Shown here one piece after another: positions 10,701 through 23,100 of a DNA stretch of 64,000 bases. The stretch is taken from contig OZ116698.1 in NCBI GenBank assembly GCA_964199315.1, positions 44,392,001 through 44,456,000 of the forward strand, read 5' to 3'. A model generated the notes under the pieces. The model did not search any database and was not told where the DNA came from. It saw only the letters and a list, made by a program, of their open reading frames with translations. The DNA comes from Orbicella franksi (Eukaryota). Every line of letters begins with the position of its first letter. Within the stretch, counting starts at the first letter, position 1. A program made the position numbers and the translations under genes.

Positions 10701-13700
10701 GGTCTACGACCGTGCACATTCTTTTGTTTTGCGCTCATACACTATGCATGAATTACGTAACCAACACGTTTCTATTGGTTAGTTCCTCAGTACGGAGTAA
10801 ACTATTGTGTTTTGTGCACGGTCAAGGCCAAAAAAGAGAACAAAAACATACAACAAGGAACTTTGACGAGTTTCATAACCATTGTCCTCTGTTAACAATG
10901 GTGTCATAATTCAAAGATTTAAGCTTTTAATGTCAACAACTTCTCAAGTCTTCAAAACATCATCTTCGTAATTCCTAGCTCTCCTCTGGGCGAATAGAGA
11001 CATCAAAACATAATACAAAGCATTTATTCTCGAGAACATAAAAATTGTACTAACCGTTCAAATCTCGTTGAGTAGGATTCGGAACTAGTTGGCAGTTGTC
11101 TTCCCTATCCAGAACACCGTCATCGTCGTCGTCGTTATCACAAGCATCACCTGCAATGAAACATAGTACCCAGGCAATTAAGACCCTCTTCACTGGTTTA
11201 AGTTTATTAAACAGAGTTGTCTCACAGTCTTTCCCCACGAACAGGGAATGACGATGGTTTATATCGGTCGTGTGAACATGCAGCTGCTTACCTTTTTCAT
11301 CTTTGTCGTTATCAATCTGATCAGGATTTGGAATTCCTCTACAATTATCGATCATGTCATCTACACCGTCATTATCGTCATCTCTATTGGTGTCGCAGTT
11401 ATCGCCCAGTCCATCTCCGTCCCTATCAGACTAAAACCAAAAGCCGGTGAGTCGGTCAACTTGTGAGTCCTGTTCCCGGAGGGGAGAGGGCGACTCCCAC
11501 CTGAAAAGGTCGGGGATGTTCGTCGTCTCCATTAGGGGTGTAAGTCAAGTATTCTGGTCTCACTTATGGTGTCCAGGACGAAACTCACCTATTTTTAGCT
11601 GTCAAAGTATTTTTAGGAAGCACTAGAAGAGATAAACATATAAAAAAAACGCTCCTTTTTCCGTCTTTAGGCCAGATTTTTGCCGCTCTCGCGAGTTCGG
11701 TCTACTAGGCAGGACTCCTTTTCTGAATAGCGGCTGGTAATCACGCGTACTCCGTATAAAGTGCTATCTTTAAGGTGTGAAATAACGCTAGAGCCACGCC
11801 CAGATTCATCTCCTTTAGGGGTTTAATTCAAGTTTTCTGACAAGCATCTCCGACCTTTTCATATGAGATTTGTCCCCGAAGTCCTGTTCTTTGTCAAGGA
11901 GTGTTTCCAGGACGGGGGAAGGACGAAGGTGCTACACTGCAATGACCCCAAATGAATATAGCCATTTATGAGCACTGTGTTATTTACCTGTCGGATGTTC
12001 ATTGTGGAAGGACAGTTATCACACTCATCACCCACTGTATCGCCATCGGAATCGACCTGGAGTGGGTTTGATATCATAGGACAATTGTCGATTGAGTTTA
12101 GTACACCTGTATGATATTACAAGAAGAATAAGGTCATTTAATTAAAACTCGGCGTTGTCATAAATAGCAAAGGGACTTCATAATCGGTTAGAACATTAGT
12201 AGACGCTCCTTGCGATCCAATCCAAAACAATACAACTATGAGGTGATACTATTCAAATACGAAGATACATCAGTACAGAGAAAAATTACCATTACCGCTT
12301 AGCATGGTGAATATCTTGACTTGCAATAAAATATTGAAGACCAATATACATAACTGTTTGTTCGATCTTTTAAAAGACTTATAGCTTGCACATGTTCTAC
12401 ACTCCTTGGGCAGTGTATTCCACACTGTTTCTCTGCGATAGAAAAAGCTTTTTATGCCTAATTCATAAGTCGCGTAAAACTTTCAACCTTTTTCCTTTCC
12501 AAAATAACGCAAGTCTTTTTTCTGTCAGCTCAGTTCCCTGGCCTTTCAACCTCCATTCACCTTTTGATATTATCTGTTCACATTAACGACCACGACTTGT
12601 AATCGCATGCGCACTTTAACCTTCGTAAGTTTACAAACTCACAGCAGCAACCAATAAGAACCAGGGTAAGGTGAATCTAGCTTCCCAACTAAGCCCCAGT
12701 CCCTCATCTTACCGTCTCCATCGACGTCCTTATCACATGGGTCACCGATTCCGTCTTTATCATTATCACTCTGAAACTTGTTGGCGACGTAAGGGCAGTT
12801 GTCACAATCGTTACCATATAGATCACCATCGTTGTTGTATTGGGCTGGGTTGAAATGGCGGGGACAGTTGTCCTATGAAAAAATAGGGAGGAAATCAGTC
12901 AAACGGCTGTATGCAATGGAATCTAGTCACCGTCAAAGTTCTGGTCGAATCAGTGAGGTACATGCAACGCAGTTGCATTGAAGGGAAAGAGGAGTTCTCC
13001 TGTTTTAGCTTGTATTAGGTTGCTGCTACCAGTCTATCTCCCTAAATGATAACCAGGGGGTAAGACAAGCTATAAAGTACGAAAGGAAAGCTAAGTGATC
13101 CTTGTTATATTCACCGTACTCTTACCATGTCATTCTTTATGTTGTCACCATCCAAGTCGTCATCGCAAATGTCTCCCAGTCCGTCATCGTCCAGATCCTC
13201 TTGACCGGGATTGGGTATTCTCAGGCAGTTATCCTGTAAAACAGAAAAGATAATTCCTTAGTGACGTGAGACGAACGTTGCTGATACACAAAGCCTCCTT
13301 GACATGCCTTTAGAAGCCAACTGAATCAGTGTACGGACATTTGTTGGTGTTACACGTCGCGTAGTTTAATTTGATTTTGGAGCACCAACATAATCACATA
13401 CTTATTGTCTAGAATGCAATTAATGTTCCCAAGTCTTCGCAGGATCGTTGCGTGAATGTCTCGTTGAAATGTTAAGTCTCGTTTTATTTAGACGTTAATT
13501 CGTTAAAATTGGATCAGCATGAGAACTTAGCTCCATGACAAGTCTCAATTTAAATTACTTTGTCTTTTCGAGCAGAAGAAAATTGGTGTTCTGTCATTCG
13601 CAACCTTTCTTCTCATACTTTACCTTGCGACATTCTTTTTCGGTACAATTCAGCTCAACGTCAGGAAAGCCATCCAAATCTAAGTCTTCGGCACAAAGAT

Positions 13701-14268
13701 GGCCATTTCCAGAAAAACCGATACGACACTGAAAAATCAAACAGGCATAACAAGCTAATGACAAACATCTCTTGCTCCAATCAAGTTTCTTAGGTATTTT
13801 TCTATCTTAGTAAAGTACTTTTTTCAGGTTTCCTTTAATTTCAAGGTAATTTTGTATATGGCCAAAATAACTGAAAATACCGTGACTGAGATCCTGAGCA
13901 GGATGAAGACAAACGACTCAATCTTTTTCTTCTCTTTTGCTGTCGAGAAAATCGCGAAAATTAAGTTCTGCGAAAACAAATAACATTAAACTACCTCACA
14001 CTTGTAATCTCTGCCGCTTTGAAGTCGAATGCATCTAGCATGTTGACTGCAAGGATTACTTCTGGAATCGCTTGGATCGCAGTAACTTAAATGATAACAG
14101 GTGTGGTAAGGATCTCCTGTAAATCCTGAAGGACAAGGTGCGCACTTGTATCCTCCCTGTAAAATAACACGTGGGGCAGGATGGTTGGTAATTCTAATGG
14201 TTTATGGACATATCTTGCATTTGGGTAAGAATTAGACATTGTTCGAAAGTGTGTCTGACTGACTGACA

Positions 14269-14301
<33 letters not shown>

Positions 14302-17300
14302 TAGATGAATGACTGGCTGACTGACGGACAGACAAACAGACAAAACAGACGGAACAGACAGAACAGACAGACAGACAGACTAAATAACTGACTGACAGAC
14401 TGACTGCCGGACTGGCTGGCTGGCAGACGGAAACACAGACAGACACAAATAAAGAGAGACACAAAGACGTATACAGGCAGGTTACTGCCTGAGCCATTTT
14501 CTAAAATACACACCATCGTGTTAATGCATTTAGATTCTGTCGCACATTTGGGAGGGTCTTCTGAGCATTCATCAATATCTGTGCAGATCTGAAAAAAGAA
14601 AACAGCGCCGCATGAGCACAACTTGAATAACATACGAAACACAATTTCTCGTTAAAAACAAGTTCGCCTTACCTGTTTGTTTTTACTTGCAAAGTACAAC
14701 CCAATCCCATGAATCTCTTTGCCCGAGTAGCCATCTGGGCAAGGTGGACACCAATATCCGGGACTTCGATTGTGACACAGAACACCAACATCTTTGGCAC
14801 AAGGATCAGTTTCATTACACTTAAACGAAAGATAAACAAATACCATGTCGTTTTTTCTTTGGTCCGCTACAAGGTAACGTTTAAACTAGAAAATAGCGTG
14901 AGGGCCACCAGATATAGTGTGAAAAGTTCTCCATCAAATCAGTATTTAAAGCATGTGCCAAAAGGGACACTATCGAGTCAAATGCCTCGCTTACTTCCAG
15001 GAGAAAACGTATTACGCACAAAGTCTGACGTACACAAGCAGACACTATTGTTAGCTTATTTCGAAGTGAAGCTAGTTCCTGAACTAGCCTCATCCTATAT
15101 CGTAACGCGGCCAATGTGTTTAATTAACGTGCGAATTTCTTCGTTACCTCGTCAACGTCGATACAGTTAATACCATCTCCCAGCATTCCAAGCGGACATT
15201 CTCCGCATTCAAATCCTTTTTCTGTGGCTGGATCATTAAAACAAGGCACTCCAGGAAAACACGGCTTGAAGCGACAGAAATCTTGAACTTTAAGAAAGAA
15301 TATAATAGGCGAGATGTTAAGAAAATGAATTACTGTATGGTCGACAGTGCTAATTTTAATTTTTAAGTTAGTGATTGAGAGTATGGTTGGTTGTATGCTG
15401 GTGCCAGTTATTTTCCCGCGACCTCGCGGGATTGGGAAGACTCTCTAGAATAGACTATACTGGGACGCTGTGCCCGAAAAGTCAGGTTGGGTCAGGAAAG
15501 TATATGAAAGGGTACTAAGGGAATTCAAGAACAGAAGTATAGAAAAAGGTAAAGAAAACTACTATCCTTCAGGCATCTAAAGCGCCATTTCAAGTAAGAC
15601 TGCAAGATTAAGAAAAAAACGTAATCTACACGGCAAAAAGCATTGAAAAGCATGAAATTCATAGATAAAGAGGAAAAAGAAACGTCCCCTTAATATGAAA
15701 GAGAGACAGGGATTGAATTTAAGTTTGATTTTGTTACTTTACAATAAACATATATTGCACTTCTTTCGTTATGTACGTTCATTTAATACCTCGACACATC
15801 TGGCAATTTTCCACAAGTCTTCTCAAATACTTGATCTCAGCAACCTTGGTTAAAAAAAAAGGGAACATCAGTCAATGCAGAGATAAGTTATTAACTTTTT
15901 TCTTGATGGCAAAAAAGCTGCTACCCTTCATCATACTTTGAAATTGAATCAATTTGTGCTTTCTCTACAGCCGTACGGTTTTAGGCCTATTGTTTCAGAG
16001 CTGGGAACATCGATCATTGAGTCATTCGTCTCTTATTGCATGGAGGGAGAAGGAGCGGATATTAAACGAATGAAAGTGGTTCGATGCATTGAAGGCAACA
16101 CTTGGGGAACATCACCTGTATCATCATCATCATCATCATCATCATTATTGGTTGCATTGGACGCATAAGGTCTTACCTGCATAGACAAGTCGTATCGAAT
16201 ATCCCGTATCAGGCCAACCAGGGTCTCTATATCTTCTTGTCTAAGTAGGGTAGACTCAACTGGAGGCCGGGGAGCTTTTTTGCCTACTTGTAAGAGGAAA
16301 AACAACGGCAATGTAAATAAGAACGCTTTCTCCTATTTTTGACCACGCAAATTAGGTCTGGCAGGGGGAAACTCAGTTGTCATTAAAATTTACAGTGATA
16401 ACTTAACCATCCTATGTCTCAAATCTCAGCAAATGTTTCAGGTTTCGGATCTGTGTTTGCAGTTAAAATTTTGGCCAGTTCTCAGTTATCAGTTCAACCC
16501 CATGAGACTCTCTTCTCTTTGAGTTCGCAATCAGTCATGGACATGAAACAAAGCCGTATTTTAGAACACCGGAAGGAGTGGCCGGACAGTTTGCAATTAC
16601 TCGTCAAAACTAATTATCTACATCAGGAATTATTAACAAATACACAAGTTGAAAAGTTCGTGGATCATACTTAGATTACCCGCCAAGGAACACTCTTCAT
16701 CCGCGAGAATTTCATCTATGGGTCTTTTGAAGACTAGTGACAGACTCTCTATGGCTCCCTGAAAAAGACATCAAAAACACTGAAATTATCACTGAAGGGA
16801 ATAAAGACCCACATCACTGTGAGTAAATGAGTTGGTTTTCACTCAAAACTGCTCAAAACGTAGTAATCATCATCATCATCATTGTTAACAACAACAAAAA
16901 CATCGTCATCGTCATTATCGTTTATAGTAACTTTGATAGGGCAAAGAGACCTTTAGAAAAGCCACCTTTAACATGTTTTTAATTGCTAGATATGTTTGCG
17001 TGAAGTGTTCAATTCGGTATTAATTTATAAACATCTCTTTCTTAAAGTTGGGAACGAGCGTCGAACCAGTGAGAGATACTGGTATAAAATTCCAAGTTAA
17101 TTACGAGATATAAAAAATTGGTTCGTCAGTTAAACATTTGGCTGTATGCTGGTGCCAGTTATTTTCCCGCGACCTCGCGGGATTGGGAAGACTCTCTAGA
17201 ATAGACTATACTGGGACGCTGTGCCCAAAAAGTCAGGTTGGGTCAGGAAAGTATATGAAAGGGTACTAAGGGAATTCAAGAACAGAAGTATAGAAAAAGG

Positions 17301-18580
17301 TAAAGAAAACTACTATCCTTCAGGCATCTAAAGCGCCATTTCAAAATATCTCAAACAAAAGCACTTAACGCCAATACATAGAAGTATTTTGATATAGTGG
17401 CTCACAAACTCACTCAGATCAAACCCGGACAACTAGAGTTTAGAAAACTATCAGAGAAGAGATTTGAAATGCACTTTGTCCCCTGGATTCGTACCCTTCT
17501 AAGGAAGAAGTAAAACCTTATTTTCCCCGTTAAAGATTAAATCTGTTAATAATGTAAGTAAATTACCATCCACGGTGTATTAACTTTCTTTCCATACGCT
17601 CTCTGTCCTATTCTGAAATCCAGCAGCGACAGCAAAGTGCCTCTGTATGAGAAGATCGACGAAATTGGCGATAAGGAATCAACTCGACCAAAAAATTTGC
17701 AATCCACGAACAAGGACAAGGCGGAAATCTTCTTTCCTTTTTCGAACACATCCGTAATGCGAATAACCACGGAGTGAAAGCTCTTAGTGTCACCCAGAGG
17801 CGCAACGTCTTTGAACACAATGGTCTCCATAGTGTCATTAGTTGATCTGTATCTCAGAATCAGCCTTGTCTTGTCACCTGTACCTTTGCTTGACAAATCA
17901 AGAAGAAACAGCTTCCTTTGAGTATGTGCAATAGAAAACAATGTCCCGGGTCGCGATGACATGATGCGTATTCTCGATTTGATTACGAATTCTTCGTTTG
18001 ATTCAATGTTCAGTATAACTCTCTGAAGAAGACCCTCTTCTGCTTGAATGAGCTTCACTGACCGACCAAAGAGGTAAGCTTTCGATCTGCTCGGCGTCAA
18101 AATACGTCTTACGAAGAAGTTTAGGGGAGATTCGGTGATTGGGGACAGCAAGTCTATTTCTGAGGAGAAGGAAAAACAGAACTCAACCTTGCAATGTAAC
18201 AAATGCCACAAGACTAAGACAAGCCCTCCCTCCCTCCCTTCCCCCACGATACTCGGAGAACTATTAGACTGCACCAGGGCGATGGTCTTACCACAGTTGA
18301 TAGAGTGGCATGCTTGGAAGCCCGGAAAACTTCAAGGGAGTAAACAAAGATACGAAGATTTATGTTGGAAGGTCCACGACCGTCAATAATCTTTTGTTTT
18401 GTCTCGAAAGAATAACGCCAACGAAACTTTTCAATTAGCTAGTTTCGCAGAAAGAAATAAACACCTATTTTGTTTGTACATAGTCAACGCCGCTCTGGTA
18501 ACATTGCCCTTACCTAAAGCTGTTGCCGTCGTACCACATAACACTACAAGGACAATCGATAGTAACTTTTGCATCCCCAT
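7707..18580 (-). CDS. Thrombospondin, subgroup B (TSP-3/4/COMP-like): signal peptide, TSPN/LamG domain, pentamerising coiled coil, 4 EGF, type 3 Ca-binding repeats, C-terminal L-lectin domain; 975 aa
   Basis: 22 phase-consistent coding exons (minus strand): 18580-18514 ([22 protein letters not shown], signal peptide), 18159-17567, 16758-16680, 16283-16177, 15844-15790 ([17 protein letters not shown]), 15287-15148, 14819-14673, 14588-14514, 14156-13995, 13728-13624, 13233-13126, 12872-12713, 12106-11988, 11430-11292, 11150-11055, 10580-10396, 9768-9720 (NSDPGIAIG), 9629-9433 (DDDFVG..WKQ), 9340-9266 ([14 protein letters not shown]), 8707-8610, 8225-8086 ([16 protein letters not shown]), 7738-7707. 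Total 2928 nt including stop. No TSR (type 1) repeats or vWC, and four EGFs, hence subgroup B. Not assignable to one vertebrate paralogue. Confidence 0.96.
9366..9418 (+). mobile_element. SINE/LINE 3' tail fragment inside the 92-bp thrombospondin intron 18
   Basis: GGGATAAGCTCCG...GCAGACTTT matches the tail of the SINE at 31486-31532. Confidence 0.65.
10647..10735 (+). repeat. Dispersed repeat, copy A (copy B at 18317-18404)
   Basis: GAAGCCCGG.AAAC.TCAA.GGAG.AAACAAAGAT...AAGATTTATGTTGGAAGGTC.ACGACCGT is shared, roughly 80% identical by eye. Confidence 0.75.
11475..11878. mobile_element. MITE in thrombospondin intron 13
   Basis: TIRs ACTCCCACCTGAAAAGGTCGGGGATG / CATCTCCGACCTTTTCATATGAGAT. 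Confidence 0.7.
14246..14460. repeat. Compound tetranucleotide microsatellite (GACT/GGCT/GACA)n in thrombospondin intron 8
   Basis: Visible tandem 4-mers; they explain the spurious ORFs 14087-14497 and the tail of 14301-14642. Confidence 0.9.
15387..15593. repeat. 207-bp element, copy 1 (intron 5)
   Basis: Identical to 17138-17344 except for 2 substitutions. Confidence 0.95.
17138..17344. repeat. 207-bp element, copy 2 (intron 2)
   Basis: Identical to 15387-15593 except for 2 substitutions; same orientation. Confidence 0.95.
18317..18404 (+). repeat. Dispersed repeat, copy B (copy A at 10647-10735)
   Basis: See copy A. Confidence 0.75.
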
Positions 18581-18922
18581 TTTCCGCTGCAAAAAGAAAC
18601 GTAATTGTCACCAACGAGTTAAAACTGAAAGAGAATTGTTTAAGGACAAAATACATTTTGCAGAATAGTAACGGGTGAAAACCCCGCATTGATGTCATTT
18701 CCACCACGTGAAAACAGCAGGTCATCTCCAAGAAATCCCTATCAATTTCCTTCATTCCGTTGGAACAGATCAGCCTCTCTAACTACAACAAGTGGTGAGT
18801 TGTGTGACTCCCTCGCGTTTGTGAGACCTAAGTTGGATTGTAAAGCTTCAAGTAACGCTTGTCTTTCAAAAAGGTGTCGAGGGCGTGGCCATTCAACAAA
18901 AGAGCTCCACTTTACGTATTAT

Positions 18923-19145
18923 GCAAGTGAATTTGACAGATTTGAAAATTTGAACTTGGGGAGAAAGATATAAAGACATGACTGATCATCGTAGTTATCA
19001 TGAGTTATGTACACGACTTAACCCGTTTTGAAAATGACGCCTGAAAAGAAATTCAGGCTTGAACGGAATTCGAACCCATGACCTTTGCGATAACAGTGCA
19101 GTGCTCTACCAGTCAAGCTGTCAAACCAACTGAGAGCTAGTCAGT
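18923..19145 (-). mobile_element. tRNA-derived SINE-like repeat (second family), degenerate
   Basis: Minus strand has AGCTTGACTGGTAGAGCACTGCA (A-box region) and GGGTTCGAATTCCG (B box), followed by TTCAAGCCTGAATTT...TTCAGGC, a recurrent coral repeat. It does not fold as an intact tRNA. Confidence 0.7.
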
Positions 19146-20117
19146 TTTCTGACTTTTTTAGTTCCAAATATACCTTTTACGTATTATGTCGTGCTTACAA
19201 CTTCTCTCCTCACAAATACTTCATGGATGAATGTTATTATAAGTTGAACGAGTTATAGAACACTTGTTGTTGAACCAAATTTATCTTACGTGCTTGTTGT
19301 ACTTTACTAGCTTATTGTACTTAACTTTCAAGCCAGCATAGTGCTCAAGCAAAAAAAGAAAATTTGACTAGAAAACGGGTGACGTATGACTTGGTGCACT
19401 TATGATTTTCACCCAAGAGGTAAATCCCATTTCTCTCATGGTCCCGTAGCGAAAAATTCGTCACCAGATCCCGATGACTTTTGCCACGTTTTCAAAATGG
19501 CGGACTCCTAGCGACGTACCACAAACTGATTACTTAACACTGGTGGAATTTGTACCAACAAGCTAGCACAAACTGGTTTTACTTACAGTTATTACCCTTT
19601 TAATCTTGTTAATTTTTAATTTGAACTGTAAATAAGAAGGCCAGAAATCTATAACATCGAGCATACTTGTATGGAGTCTTACAACGACACTATAAATTTA
19701 AACATTTAAAATCAAAGCCACATGTAGTGTTCTTCGTATATGAAACAATTAAATTTTTGAAATACGCTAGCTAGCACTCGTTATCAATCGAAGCTGTGGT
19801 ATGAAGTAATTTTAGTATCAAAAAATCATGCTGGCAAGCAATGTTTGAACAATTAGTTCTGATTTTGGCAGATGTGAAACTCTGGCAAGTATGGCAATTC
19901 AGCTGTACTATAAACTGTTCAATTCTATGAGCAGATGAAGTTGATTACTGGAGTTAGCTCATGACCAAGAAAGATATCAACCGAGTAACAAGCTTATTTC
20001 ACGCTTATTTCATGGTTTGATGATATCATTCGCTGCGTGCACATTTATAATCATAATGTGTTTACACTGACACTAATAATCGTTGGATGTCTGACACTAG
20101 TCTTTACAAACTTTACA

Positions 20118-20170
20118 AATGTTTGAACAATTAGTTCTGATTTTGGCAGATGTGAAACTCTGGCAAGTAT
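20118..20170 (+). repeat. Exact 53-bp local duplication of 19840-19892 embedded in micro-repeats
   Basis: AATGTTTGAAC...CTGGCAAGTAT occurs twice; the second copy is flanked by repeated CTTTACAAA and CTGACACTA. Confidence 0.9.
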
Positions 20171-23100
20171 AATCTTTACAAATCTTTACTGACACTAATC
20201 TTTACAAACCTGCCGTACAGTTAAATTCAGTATTGCCCTCTAGTTCTGTTCCGTCCACTGGTATCCACCTCTTTCTTATTTCCCCGCTTATCAGGTGCAG
20301 CCTGTGTAACTCGAATTAAATATTCTGCATACCACTCGACGTACGATGCAAGACCACAGCATTTTTGTTAACAACACGATGGAATTTTTCGCTTTTTAAT
20401 TAGTTTCGCCTTTTGTAAAAACTGAGATGAACTTGATTTCATTCAGGGTCAAAACAAAAAGATAATTCAAAAGATCTTTACCCTGGGGGCTAGATACCAC
20501 GGATAAAGGCTTAATAAAAAAAACAACAAAAGGTCCCTGTATTACAGTATTATGTTATTTTCCCTACCATGAGTTGGCTGAGCATCAGTCTGTTACTGGC
20601 AAAATCTCGGCCACATCACACAGAACAATGATTGCCGAACATTATAAATAACACTTTTATACAAATTGACATAAATTTGAAAAACGTCGGGCCGCTGTTT
20701 TTCGAGTTCACTCTGATGCAACCTGTTTTTAAGAATTTTCTTTTCCATTGTTCTTCCTCCAATCTTCTCTACCCTTTTGGAATCTCCTTTGTTTCCTTCG
20801 AGTTTTTCACAGTTTTAAGCCGTTATTGTGATATATATTTTTTTGGTAATTCCATTATCTGTTGGCAAGAGCTAAAATTGCCTAACACTGATTGACCTAG
20901 CCCTTTTAAACAAAGAGTGTCAAAGGAAAAGAAGACCTCACGTTTTTGCATACTAGAGTTATTTTATCATTTCCAAAGGAAATAGATCAGTAACTAGCAT
21001 TCCAAAATTACCAATGCCGACATGGATTTCTCGGTACGACCTTTCTAGCTACTTCAACTTTCCTTAAATTAAATTTCCTTCAGTACTAGAAAAGAACTAA
21101 GATGATTGAAGTACTCTCTTTCGTTCATAATCTCCCTAAGCCTGATTTAGCCTTGTCAGTCATCAGTTATCGATATAACCATGCATGATACGTTTGTTAC
21201 CGTCGGTCAGACAACACGTGTCAATCAGCGTTAGATTATCTCTCAGAAACCGATTTGTCCCTTTGTACACGTCCGCCTTTTGCAAGGTTCTTGGAACAAC
21301 AAGGTCAAACATTGAAAAAAGCGAACTTAGTTCTCATCGAAACTGACGAAAGGGTTTGACTGGAATGCATTTGAGGCTCAGCATTTCTTCACAATGTGCA
21401 AATTACTTCGTAAAGAGACTTAGTTTTCAAACTGTTTAATGTTACTCTTGATTCTAAATTGATAATAGATTCAGTATGCCAAACAGTTTACAAATTCAGT
21501 GCAAGGCAGAGTCTGGGCACGGGACAAGAACAACTGATTTAGATCATTTTGCTGTGGAAAGGTCGTTACCTAAAGACCCCGAAGAAGACATGTTTTACAC
21601 TGCTGTCGGAAGCTTTTTGCCGAAAGAATGACAGCAACTTCACTTTGGATCTTAATTCACTTCATATCGACCGCAGACTTATGCATGGTAGAGTAAAACT
21701 GAAACAAATTCTTTACCGCAGAGCAACGCAAGGCAACAAAATCGCTATTAATACCAACAAAAGTGTTTATATAGAGCGAATTAATGAAGCAAAGTGACAG
21801 AATCAGTGGTGTGATTAAAAACACTGTGTAGTTTAAATTTTGACTCAAACCATAAAGCTAAACAAACACGGGAGGGCGGGTGACTCCAATGTCAGAAACA
21901 GAAAGCAATTCTGTAGATCAAAAAGCCAAAAATAGCGCTTTTGAAATGAGCGGAATTTGCAACACCCTGTAAAGGACTGTAAATGGCGCCAATCGATTAA
22001 AAAAAATAGGTCTTTTGACGATATGTGATGAAATTTCATTGCATCGGTATGATGCAATCAGAGTAAAAATGTTGAAAGTTCCTTAATGTTCCTAACAAAT
22101 GCGTTTCAAAAACTGCTTTGTCATAGAGAATGGACTCCTTGTACACTTGCATTGCTCTATTATAAGCTTGTCCTACTGAAACATGAGTCAACGAATGACG
22201 TTTCGAAAATTTGGGAAGGATTATGGCGTTACATCTTTCCCTCTTAATTCTACTTGCTTCTGAATGGTGTGAAAGGAGAAACATGGAAACAAAATGAAGC
22301 TGAAATGAGACTAATTCAACTACTAATAAAAATTGAGTGGAGTAAAGCATGCATAGTAATTTTAGCACGTAAGGTAAGATTAAAAACTGTTTTGTAAACA
22401 TTTTTATGGTGGATTAAAGACTCAGAAGTTAAGTATAGAACTAACTTACTTCGAAATGCTCACACTGCTTGATAATGATGAGAGAGAACTTCTTTCCCAC
22501 GTCAAAGGTACAGGTGAATTAACCCGGCGTTGTGTCGTCAACAACGCAGATCATAAAACCTTTCCGACAGAGTTAAGATACACCGGCAGATTTAGGGCAA
22601 GGACAGACACAGAAGAATCTAGAGTGAATAACGGAACGGCGGACCGGAGGAAATGTGACTTAAGTTAATCCTACTCATCTAAAACAACAATTTCCGGATA
22701 ACACGAATCAGGTGTCAAAACATTCTCGCTTTCAAAAACGCAGAAGGCATTGAGGCCGATATTTTTTTCTCAGTCCAAACGTTATTTTGACCGGCAACGG
22801 AATATCTAGTCTTCTTGAAATATAAGTTACTTATAGTTCATATTAGCTCCAGTTAAAACACCGATCGCTGAAGCCTGAGTATTGCCTCTGCTAAAGCCAC
22901 TAATTTTGGTGTAATGTCCAAACGTTTTTCCACTGACTGCAGTTGTTATCCATCATAGACATGCACCGGCACAGGCACACGTGTACACACAGTTTTGTCA
23001 AAAAATACGGTGCTATGCACGGTAGCTGATGAACTATTCGCTACCACATACTGTGTGCTCGAGCTCATAAGTGGAAGGAATTTAGAGACTGGATTTTTTC

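Noticed and set aside
14087-14497. 136-aa ORF and other low-complexity ORFs (6419-6724, 55542-55847)
   Set aside because: Translations of microsatellites (GACT/GGCT, GGGGGT, TAA).
15405-15535. HDV-like ribozyme in the 207-bp repeat (ACCUCGC loop and downstream CUAAGGGAA able to pair with UUCCC)
   Set aside because: P3 cannot form around a 7-8-nt L3, there is no room for a 7-bp P1 before GG, and no matching 5' P1 strand exists. A simple hairpin explains the sequence.
16033-16176. Poly-Asp extension ([10 protein letters not shown]) reading in frame from thrombospondin exon 4, suggestive of an acid-rich biomineralisation isoform
   Set aside because: It is a (TCA)n microsatellite inside intron 4 after a consensus CAG|GTAAGA donor. 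It would need intron retention, for which the sequence offers no evidence.
19040-19140. tRNA gene
   Set aside because: A and B boxes are present, but the acceptor and anticodon stems do not pair and it is embedded in a known SINE-like repeat.
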